In this document: in pieces, positions 17,690 through 25,847 of the stretch
Numbering within the stretch: the first letter of the stretch is position 1
Layout of the letters: every line of letters starts with the position of its first letter
Source of the DNA: Promethearchaeota archaeon
GTDB lineage: Archaea > Asgardarchaeota > Lokiarchaeia > Sigyniarchaeales > SOKP01
Direction: 5' to 3'
Assembly: GCA_008080735.1 (NCBI GenBank)
Contig: SHMW01000055.1
Location: 1 to 28,626 of the forward strand
Length of the DNA: 28,626 nt
The notes under the pieces: generated by a model
What the model was told of the DNA's origin: nothing
Databases searched by the model: none
What the model saw: the letters and a program-made list of their open reading frames with translations, nothing else
Program-made: the position numbers and the translations under genes

Positions 17690-18952
17690 TTACAGAGAAT
17701 ACTTTTGTCTTTTATATGTCTTATTAGTGAAGATATATACTTTATCGACCCCTTGGGTTTCAGGAATGTCGTTTACTTTCATTTTAACAGTGATATTATT
17801 CTTTTTAGTTCCACGTGGAGTTATATCAACTATTTTTCCTTTATATTTAAGGACATTTTTTGGTTGATGAATATAGGTGTCTGACCTTTTTCCCATAATA
17901 ACAACATCAGAGTTTATTCCAATATACCCATTATCTAAAAGAATGGTTGCCATCTGATTATTGGAATTATAGTCAATAATTTTTCCCACTCTAATATATC
18001 TGTAATGTGAAAGATTGTATGGATAATTATGTTGGTGATCTTCCTCTGTTGGGCGTTTAAAGTAGAATCCAGGAGTAAATCCTCTGTTATATACTTTCTT
18101 GAGTTCGGTTACCCACCAACCCACTTTTTTATCTGTGAAAGTACCATCATAATACGCCTCAATTGCTTCTCTATAGGTTTTGGCGACTATTTCTACATAA
18201 TGGGGGTGGCGCATTCGCCCTTCGATTTTAAATGCATCGATGTTCGCTTCAATTAAATCCGGGATGTAAGCGATTGTACAAAGATCTCTGGAATTCATAA
18301 ATCTTACACCATCATAAATATATTCATTATTATCCATATCTTTTACCGACCATCTCCTTCGGCAAGGTTGAATGCAGTTGCCACGATTAGCTGATTTTTC
18401 TGGACTTCCGCATATATCTTGAGAAAAATAGCAACGGCCACTCACCGAAGTGCACATCGCCCCATGGATGAATGTTTCGATTTCTGCAGATATTAAATTT
18501 CTTTTAATTTCCTTAATCTTCTCTAAGGATAGTTCCCGTGCCAATATAATTCGTTCTGCCCCCAATTTCTCATAAAATCGTGCTGAAAGGGAATTTGACA
18601 CGTTACATTGGGTTGAGACATGAAATGGAATGCTCACTCGTTTTGCAATTTCCATTGCCCCTAGATCATGAACAATCACAGCATCGATACCCGCTTCTTT
18701 CGCCGATTCAATTAAATTTTGGATTTCAGCTAATTCATCATCATAGAGGAGGATATTTGTTGTGAGATATGTTTTTATGTCCTTCTCTCTGCAATAATCA
18801 ACAATCTCCCACATATCTTTAATATTAATGTTTTCGGACCGCATTCGCATGTTATATTTCTGAATACCAAAATAGAATGAATCGGCATAATCGGCTGCCG
18901 CCTTAATAGCCTTGAAATTTTTCGCTGGAGCAAGTAGTTCTACTTTATTCAT
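17690..18952 (-). CDS. U32 peptidase-family Fe-S protein (TrhP/RlhA-like RNA hydroxylase)
   Basis: ELLAPA, HVSTQ, ILARELS, HGAMC-x6-C...NRGNCIQPCR four-Cys cluster, FKIEGRM, C-terminal beta-rich domain. Confidence 0.9.
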   Translation of the reverse strand: MNKVELLAPAKNFKAIKAAADYADSFYFGIQKYNMRMRSENINIKDMWEIVDYCREKDIKTYLTTNILLYDDELAEIQNLIESAKEAGIDAVIVHDLGAMEIAKRVSIPFHVSTQCNVSNSLSARFYEKLGAERIILARELSLEKIKEIKRNLISAEIETFIHGAMCTSVSGRCYFSQDICGSPEKSANRGNCIQPCRRRWSVKDMDNNEYIYDGVRFMNSRDLCTIAYIPDLIEANIDAFKIEGRMRHPHYVEIVAKTYREAIEAYYDGTFTDKKVGWWVTELKKVYNRGFTPGFYFKRPTEEDHQHNYPYNLSHYRYIRVGKIIDYNSNNQMATILLDNGYIGINSDVVIMGKRSDTYIHQPKNVLKYKGKIVDITPRGTKKNNITVKMKVNDIPETQGVDKVYIFTNKTYKRQKYSL

Positions 18953-19201
18953 ATCAAAACAAATTTTTTAAGGTTTTCTCTCGCTTATATTGCTTTAAAT
19001 ATTAGATCTTCAATTTAAAAATAAAATTGCTAGAAAAGAATTGTTATATAACATAATCGTATATTTCAAATAAATTTTAAAATCTCAAGCAATCTTATTC
19101 CATTCTCGTTCCTGGTCAAGAGCCAAACCACATCTCATATCCATCTAGATTAATAATAACTAACTAAGATGCAATCATTTTAATTCCATAAAACGTTTTG
19201 A

Positions 19202-19224
19202 TAAATACCATTTAGTGGTATTTA
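19202..19224. promoter_or_regulatory. Palindromic candidate operator
   Basis: TAAATACCA-tttag-TGGTATTTA, perfect 9-bp arms, 60 nt upstream of the 19285 ATG in a divergent intergenic region. Confidence 0.35.
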
Positions 19225-19284
19225 AACATACGATTTTAATTGGATATTTTACCTTTAATTTATTAAATTTATTTAATACTAACG

Positions 19285-20361
19285 ATGAACAATAGAAATC
19301 AGAGAATTATTTTCTTATTCTTAGTTATAGTTGGAATTATAATTAGAACTTGGGCATTGTTTTTCTATTATTGGCAAAGTGTTTCAAGTCCTATTGGCTT
19401 ACAATCATTTGGAGATGTCTATCACAACTTTTATGATATAGATTCTGTGTTTACAGGGGAATGGATTTGGTCTTCAGTTGATTTAGCATACCCTCCTCTT
19501 TCCATATATTTTTTAGTTTTGTTGCGCTTAGCGTCTTTTAACGATTTATACATCTTTTTTTTCTATAGCTTTTTAATAGAAATTTTAATAACTGGGATAT
19601 TTTATATGGTTTTAAAACGCTTTATGATATCAAAATATCAAATAATTTTTGGTTTTTTTTTAATTAATCCTTTCTATTTTATGAGTTTCACTTTTCGAGG
19701 ACCTTTAAGTGGATATCATTTGACTGACAATTTTTTCTGCATTTTTCTTTTACTAGCGCTATATTTTTACCCCAGAAAGAATAAAACTCTGTTCTATATT
19801 TTTTCTGGTCTTGCCATAAGTGCGAAATGGTACACTATACCCTTTTTATTTCTAGTTTTCATAAAATATGTTAGAGAAAAAGATTGGAAGGAGATGAAAC
19901 AATTTATAATCTATAGTGGGATTCCTATTTTTATCTTTTTGATAAGTCCATTTTTATATTTGCCGAATTATTTAGATCTTTATTTCGGTTGGCTCTCGGG
20001 TCATGCTTATTCCGCAGTAATTCCCTTTCATTTTCGAATAATTCCATTTGCAATTTTGATACTGATTGGATGTTATAAGGTGAAAGATTTTGACCTCTTG
20101 GATATAACAGCATATTCCATTGTAATTATGGTATCAATACTGTGGTGGTCACGGTTATATGTTCGCTATTTAGCTCCGCTAATATATTATGGTCATATTA
20201 TCAGACATAAAGAGATATATACCTTTAAAATAAAGATCTCAGAAGAAGTATGGAAATTAAAGATTGGCAATCACGTTCTAACCTATATTATTTCCTGTAT
20301 TGCAACTATATTTCTAATAATTATATCATTATTTGATTATTCATATTGGGGTCTAATCTAA
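19285..20361 (+). CDS. Polytopic membrane protein, probable GT-C fold glycosyltransferase (GT87/DUF2029-like)
   Basis: Many TM segments; GD in first loop followed by AYPPLS; GLAISAKWY motif. Confidence 0.65.
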   Translation: MNNRNQRIIFLFLVIVGIIIRTWALFFYYWQSVSSPIGLQSFGDVYHNFYDIDSVFTGEWIWSSVDLAYPPLSIYFLVLLRLASFNDLYIFFFYSFLIEILITGIFYMVLKRFMISKYQIIFGFFLINPFYFMSFTFRGPLSGYHLTDNFFCIFLLLALYFYPRKNKTLFYIFSGLAISAKWYTIPFLFLVFIKYVREKDWKEMKQFIIYSGIPIFIFLISPFLYLPNYLDLYFGWLSGHAYSAVIPFHFRIIPFAILILIGCYKVKDFDLLDITAYSIVIMVSILWWSRLYVRYLAPLIYYGHIIRHKEIYTFKIKISEEVWKLKIGNHVLTYIISCIATIFLIIISLFDYSYWGLI

Positions 20362-20473
20362 TTATTTAAAGGGTTTCCAACATCATTTTTTTTTTCTAAG
20401 ATCGAAATGTAATTGAATTGAAATTTCAATAATACTTAATCATAATATATTCAAAATTTAACAGTTGATACCA

Positions 20474-20947
20474 ATGAAAGATTACCCAAATCGAATCTCG
20501 AAGGATGATTACTTTATGCTGATTGCCGAGGTCGTATCTAAAAGATCGACATGTATTAAACGACATGTTGGTGCAGTTTTAGTCAAAGATTCTCATATCA
20601 TATCCACTGGGTATAATGGAGCGCCTTCGGGATTTAACCATTGTACCGAAGAAACGTGTGTTAGAAAAAATCTCAAAAGTGGGGAACGACCAGAACTATG
20701 TAGAGGTGTTCACGCGGAAATAAATTGTATAATTCAAGCCGCCCTTCATGGTACCTCTATTAAAGGAGAAACCACTTTATACTCAACCACATTTCCTTGT
20801 ATGAATTGTTTAAAGTTGCTTATCAATTCGGGTATCCACAGGTTAGTCTATAAAGAAGGATATGCGATGGAAAACAAGGTTAAAGAGGATTTACTAAAAG
20901 AATCTAAATTAATTATTCTAAAACATGATAAAAACAATAAAATCTAA
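20474..20947 (+). CDS. dCMP deaminase (cytidine/deoxycytidylate deaminase family)
   Basis: [27 protein letters not shown]; ATG 20474 preferred over TTG 20465. Confidence 0.92.
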   Translation: MKDYPNRISKDDYFMLIAEVVSKRSTCIKRHVGAVLVKDSHIISTGYNGAPSGFNHCTEETCVRKNLKSGERPELCRGVHAEINCIIQAALHGTSIKGETTLYSTTFPCMNCLKLLINSGIHRLVYKEGYAMENKVKEDLLKESKLIILKHDKNNKI

Positions 20948-21003
20948 TAATTTTGCATTACTAACTTTTCTAAATAATTAATATACTCGGATTACTGATT
21001 AGA

Positions 21004-22425
21004 TTGAATGAAGCGAACAGCGATTTAATAGTGATGAAATTTGGTGGCTCATGTTTTAAAGATGTTGAATCCCTTTCCCAAACCACCTCGATTGTAAAAG
21101 ATTATTTGGAAAGTGCCAAATTAATTGTCGTTACTTCGGCATTTAAAGGCATTACCGACAAATTAATCGATTTTTATGATAAATCTTGTAGTGATGGGGA
21201 TGAATGTAAAGTCATCATCAATGAGATCGAAGATTTCCATCTCAAATTTATTAATAAGAATATCGATAAAAAAAAACCAGATTATCAAGAAACTCTCGAT
21301 TTTTTAGACACAAATATAAATGAACTAACTCAATTGGGAAGGGTTGTTCGTTTATTACGACCAAGCTTAGACATTCAAGACCTTATTATGTCTTATGGAG
21401 AGAAACTTAGCACTTATATTGTTTCGAAATATCTCAATTCTATCGGACTCAAAGCTAAATTTATCTCTTCAGATGAAATTATCCTGACTGACGATAATTT
21501 TGGCAGAGCGTTACCTTTATTAGACGAAACAGAAGAATTGGTACAAGAGCGAGTCACTCCACTGATCAAATCAAATAACTGCGATCTTGTATGTGTGACA
21601 GGCTTTTATGGTTCTACAAAAGATAAAAAGATTACTACGCTCGGTCGAGGTGGGACCGATTTAACTGCCGCTATCATGGCATACAGTCTTACTCCAAATT
21701 TCAAAAGCAAAGTGATTTATTGGAAAGATGTCCAAGGTTTTCTGGACGCAGATCCAAGGATTTCTAATAAAGCATCTCTATTGAAATATATCTCCTATCT
21801 GGAAGCAAAAGAACTCGCATTTTTTGGCTCCAAGGTCCTCCATCCATTATGCTTAGATGTAAATGAGAAACGAAATATCCCTTCTGAAATTCGACCATTT
21901 AATGATCCCAAAGCTGCTGAATATACCACCATAACAAAAGAAGCTCAAAAAGGAGATAAAATTATAAAAGCTATCACCTCGATTGAGAGAATATCCATGG
22001 TGACTATCGAAAGTGGCACGATGATCTCTCTTCCCGGAACCGCAGCAAAATTGTTTAATCTCCTTGGGGATAATAATATCAATATTAAGTTTATCTCACA
22101 GAGTTCCTCAGAAAATAACATTACTTTTGGTATAGATTTAGAAGATTCTATGAGAGTAAGCTTTCTACTTAGAAACTCTGACTGGTTTGGAAAACAATGG
22201 TTTAGTATAAAAATAGATAATGACATTTCACTTATCGCCGTAATTGGAGCTGGAATGCTTCATACTCCAGGTATAGCTGGCAAAGTTTTCACCACCCTCG
22301 GAAATAATGATATTAACGTGAGAGCAATCGCACAAGGATCCTCAGAGCTTAATATCACTATAATCGTACAACGCAAAGATTGTAAAGATGCTGTAAATGT
22401 ATTATACGATGCATTTATAGATTAA
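21004..22425 (+). CDS. lysC: Aspartate kinase with two ACT domains
   Basis: VMKFGGS, SYGEKLS, TTLGRGGTD, ADPR, ELAFFGSKVLHP, two ACT repeats (QSSSE, QGSSE). Confidence 0.93.
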   Translation: MNEANSDLIVMKFGGSCFKDVESLSQTTSIVKDYLESAKLIVVTSAFKGITDKLIDFYDKSCSDGDECKVIINEIEDFHLKFINKNIDKKKPDYQETLDFLDTNINELTQLGRVVRLLRPSLDIQDLIMSYGEKLSTYIVSKYLNSIGLKAKFISSDEIILTDDNFGRALPLLDETEELVQERVTPLIKSNNCDLVCVTGFYGSTKDKKITTLGRGGTDLTAAIMAYSLTPNFKSKVIYWKDVQGFLDADPRISNKASLLKYISYLEAKELAFFGSKVLHPLCLDVNEKRNIPSEIRPFNDPKAAEYTTITKEAQKGDKIIKAITSIERISMVTIESGTMISLPGTAAKLFNLLGDNNINIKFISQSSSENNITFGIDLEDSMRVSFLLRNSDWFGKQWFSIKIDNDISLIAVIGAGMLHTPGIAGKVFTTLGNNDINVRAIAQGSSELNITIIVQRKDCKDAVNVLYDAFID

Positions 22426-22455
22426 AAAAATAGAAGATAGGAAATCACGAACCAA

Positions 22456-23694
22456 TTATTCGAAAAACTTCTTAAATTTATTCTCTGCTATTAAAACTCG
22501 ATTTTCTTTCCTCTGTTCTTCAGATAAATTATTTTGTAGCGCCTCATTACATATTTTCTTCCCGATGTCAACCTTTGGATTATTTGCCCAATTAACATCA
22601 AGAAGCAAGCATAAATAATATACAGTGGATTGGATAAAGGCTACTAAATTTCCTATTAACTGTTCTCTGGGATTATTTAACGATAATTTCGCACATGGGA
22701 CTGCTTGATCAATCATTGCTTGGAATGTGGCATCTGCTTGGTAATTGACCACAGTCTGAGCTGTTTTCCCATCCACATAATCTATTGATGACTCAAGCTG
22801 GAAGTCAGAAATATCATCTTTCACCGTATAAATCACTGGCACCACAGCACCTTTAGTTCCGCCTAAAATATATTCCAACACGGAATGTTGACATAGAGGA
22901 GCCTCTTGATATGCTCCCATAAAACCCTTTCCCTCCTTTCCCGTACTTTCGGAGATTTCCTGGACAAATAATCCGATACTTCCTTCGAGATTTTTCGAAT
23001 ACGGCATCGAAAAGACTACTTTATATCCCTTTTGATATAAGTGATAAAGAAAGCTCGCAAATTCTATACTAGGGTTAGGATGAAAAGTCATAAATTCATC
23101 ATACCCCTCCTTTAACCCATCGAGAAACTGTTCAATATTAATTCCTGCCAAAAAGGCGGGAACAATGGCCACATTCGTAATTGAAGCGGCAAACCTTCCC
23201 GAAAGGTCCGGTACTTCCAGAATAGTAGCGCCAATCTTCTTCAAGAGGTCATTCATGGTCCCTCTGGAGGAGAGACCGAGAAACTGATACCCCTTCTTTA
23301 TATATGTCCCAATTGTAGAATTCACGTCTAAGGTCTCTCCGCTTCTAGAAATTGGGATGACCACAGAATTCTCGGGATCCGTATTTTTTAAACACTCATT
23401 CAATTCAACCGCACGAGAACTTGTAATCGGATAAATTGTTTTCTTAGCCAAATGGGATAATGCAGAAAGTGTTTGAATGGACCCACCCGTTCCTAAAATA
23501 ATTATATTTTTCACATCCGTATCTAAAAATCTTGATGATAGAGAACGTATTTCTTCTAAATCAATATATGATTCGGTGTCAATAAAAAACGGGTGTTGCC
23601 AATTTTTTTTATTTTGGTTAATAACTTTAATGTCCTCGGTAAGCGGCTCATCTTTTAATTTTGGATAATATTCAAGATTTATCTTTAAATTCAT
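22456..23694 (-). CDS. pgi: Divergent glucose-6-phosphate isomerase-family (SIS-domain) protein
   Basis: GTGGS, SRSGET, SGRF, QEISESTGK, QHS, PKVDIGKK correspond to PGI motifs; ATG 23694 follows a GGTGA SD (the track starts at 23706). Confidence 0.75.
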   Translation of the reverse strand: MNLKINLEYYPKLKDEPLTEDIKVINQNKKNWQHPFFIDTESYIDLEEIRSLSSRFLDTDVKNIIILGTGGSIQTLSALSHLAKKTIYPITSSRAVELNECLKNTDPENSVVIPISRSGETLDVNSTIGTYIKKGYQFLGLSSRGTMNDLLKKIGATILEVPDLSGRFAASITNVAIVPAFLAGINIEQFLDGLKEGYDEFMTFHPNPSIEFASFLYHLYQKGYKVVFSMPYSKNLEGSIGLFVQEISESTGKEGKGFMGAYQEAPLCQHSVLEYILGGTKGAVVPVIYTVKDDISDFQLESSIDYVDGKTAQTVVNYQADATFQAMIDQAVPCAKLSLNNPREQLIGNLVAFIQSTVYYLCLLLDVNWANNPKVDIGKKICNEALQNNLSEEQRKENRVLIAENKFKKFFE

Positions 23695-23878
23695 TTTATT
23701 CACCATTTCTCAATTATAGAACTATTGCTTTTTGAGATATAAATTCGGTTTTCTTTTTATTAGTTTTGGATTAAAAATTTTAAATATCGGATAAATCCAA
23801 AAAAAATACCAACAGATTAAAATTAGATAATTTTTATTAGATACTTACAATCGATAAATAAAATTTTTTTGTTGAAAA

Positions 23879-24241
23879 ATGACTGAAGATCAATTTCAGT
23901 ATCTATTACAGACGATTTTTGACAATATTGACGGAGTACGCTCAGCGGCGATAGTATCTCAAGAGGGTTTAATTGTGAGCTCCATCTTAGAGGAAGGAAT
24001 ATCGGAAATTAAATTAGCAGCGATGACCGCGGCGATACTTTCAGTATCCGAACGGGTTCTACATGAACTTAAATCGGGAATGCTTGATGTATGCATCTTA
24101 CAAGGAGATGATGGAAATTTTGTAGTTATGGACGCAGGAACAGATTTAATCATTGCTGTCTGCTTAAATATCGACGCACGGATGGATACGTGTTTCATTG
24201 AAATGCGAAAGGCAGCAGAACAACTCAAAAGTATATCTTAA
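23879..24241 (+). CDS. Roadblock/LC7 (LAMTOR2-like) domain protein
   Basis: GVRSAAIVSQEGLIVSS, KLAAMTAAILSVSER, ILQGDDG; 120-aa stand-alone domain. Confidence 0.9.
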   Translation: MTEDQFQYLLQTIFDNIDGVRSAAIVSQEGLIVSSILEEGISEIKLAAMTAAILSVSERVLHELKSGMLDVCILQGDDGNFVVMDAGTDLIIAVCLNIDARMDTCFIEMRKAAEQLKSIS

Positions 24242-24390
24242 CCCTCCTCTTTTTTCCCCTTTCCAATTATTTATTAATAATTTAATAAATCTAAAAATTC
24301 GCACTCTATTTCTTTTAAAATAGGAAATTATTTTTTATATTCATATACACGATTAAACTATAAAAAATACACATATTTTAAGTGATTTTT

Positions 24391-25701
24391 TTGGCAAAGG
24401 CAGCTGAAATGAATAGTGATGATGGTTTTAAGATGGGAGATCCATATTATTGTCCAGAGTGTGAGAGAAATCATATAAAAGGACAAATCTATAAGGATCA
24501 TTTGCAATACGCTCAGGTTCCAGATATTCAAGACGAGGAAAAAGCAGAAGAGATAGAAGCAGAAAAGGATGAGGATATCGAAGAGGAAGATCTTGAAGAT
24601 GAGGAAGATGAAGAATATGAGGATGATGATTTCGAGGAGGAATATGACGACGATTTTGATGGCGTTGATGAGGAAGAGGAAGAATATGAGGATGATGATA
24701 TAGATGATGATGATGATGATGATATAGAAGTATATGGATCCGATGAAAGAGGTGTTGAAGAATGCATTGAACAAGTGAAGGATCTTACTGGTGTGGGAGA
24801 AGCGACCCTGAGGAAGCTAATCAAGGCGGGCTTTAATAGTCTTGAATCGATTGCCTACACTCCACCGTCCATCATTCAAGAAGATAGTGGACTCGGAGAG
24901 AAAACGACCGCAAAATTGATTAAACAGGCAATGAAACGTTTAAACGTAGGTTTCAAATCTGCAGAAACGTTATGGGAGCATAGAAAAAACATTGCACGAA
25001 TTACCACGGGCAGTCAAGAACTCGATAACCTCTTAGCTGGGGGTGTCGAGACTGGTGCGATGATTGAATTTTTTGGAGAATTTCGCACGGGCAAAACCCA
25101 AATAATGCATCAATTATGTGTTAATGTCCAATTACCGAAAGAGAAAGGAGGGATAGAAGGTGCTGCATTATATATCGATACTGAAGGGACTTTCCGCCCG
25201 GAAAGAATAATTCAAATGGCAGAAGCGCTCGATTTGGATTATAATAAAGTGCTCAAGAATATTGTATTTGGACGGGCATACAACTCTGACCATCAGATCC
25301 TCTTAGCAAAAGAAGCTATTAACATCATAAAAGAGCGAAATATAAAATTGATTGTGATTGATTCTCTTATCGGCCATTTTAGAAGCGAATATATCGGACG
25401 AGGTACGCTCGCAACTCGTCAGCAAATATTAAACCAACATCTACACGACTTACTCCGTCTATGTGATATCTATCCAGATTTGGCAATTGTCGTGACCAAT
25501 CAAGTACAAGCAAAACCAGACGTGTTTTATGGGAACCCGCTTCAAGCCGCGGGAGGAAATATAATCGCACACGGTTCTACTATTCGAATCTATCTCAGAA
25601 AAGGGAAGGGAGAGCAGCGAGTTGCAAAAATTGTGGATGCGCCTCATTTACCAGAGGGTGAAGCAGTTTTTAGTATCACAGGAAACGGGATTTCAGATTA
25701 G
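24391..25701 (+). CDS. radA: DNA repair/recombination protein RadA with N-terminal zinc-finger and acidic extension
   Basis: HhH domain, GFKSA polymerisation motif, Walker [27 protein letters not shown]; start uncertain (GTG 24382, TTG 24391, ATG 24409). Confidence 0.95.
   Translation: MAKAAEMNSDDGFKMGDPYYCPECERNHIKGQIYKDHLQYAQVPDIQDEEKAEEIEAEKDEDIEEEDLEDEEDEEYEDDDFEEEYDDDFDGVDEEEEEYEDDDIDDDDDDDIEVYGSDERGVEECIEQVKDLTGVGEATLRKLIKAGFNSLESIAYTPPSIIQEDSGLGEKTTAKLIKQAMKRLNVGFKSAETLWEHRKNIARITTGSQELDNLLAGGVETGAMIEFFGEFRTGKTQIMHQLCVNVQLPKEKGGIEGAALYIDTEGTFRPERIIQMAEALDLDYNKVLKNIVFGRAYNSDHQILLAKEAINIIKERNIKLIVIDSLIGHFRSEYIGRGTLATRQQILNQHLHDLLRLCDIYPDLAIVVTNQVQAKPDVFYGNPLQAAGGNIIAHGSTIRIYLRKGKGEQRVAKIVDAPHLPEGEAVFSITGNGISD
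24598..24723 (+). repeat. In-frame acidic direct repeats and (GAT)7 tract within radA
   Basis: 33-nt repeat GATGAGGAAGA(T/G)GAAGAATATGAGGATGATGAT at 24598 and 24667 (1 mismatch); (GAT)7 at 24703-24723. Confidence 0.8.
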
Positions 25702-25847
25702 AATTTTCTGATTTTGACTCTTAATCATTCGATTTTTACTCAATTTATTAGAAACTCAAATTTATCCAAACTCAAGTAATTAGATAAATTAATTATTAGA
25801 AATTACTGATTTAAACAAAAAGAGAGAAAAAATAATAGTTAAAAAAA

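Noticed and set aside
19086-19145. Minus-strand micro-ORF MDMRCGLALDQEREWNKIA upstream of the U32 gene
   Set aside because: No amino-acid bias, hairpin or recognisable homology
23764-23802. TTTTGGATT/AATCCAAAA inverted repeat between pgi and roadblock
   Set aside because: Low-complexity AT-rich arms, plausible by chance
24358-24824. Hydrophobic 138-aa and Ser-rich 98-aa minus-strand ORFs
   Set aside because: Antisense shadows of the GAN-rich acidic tract of radA
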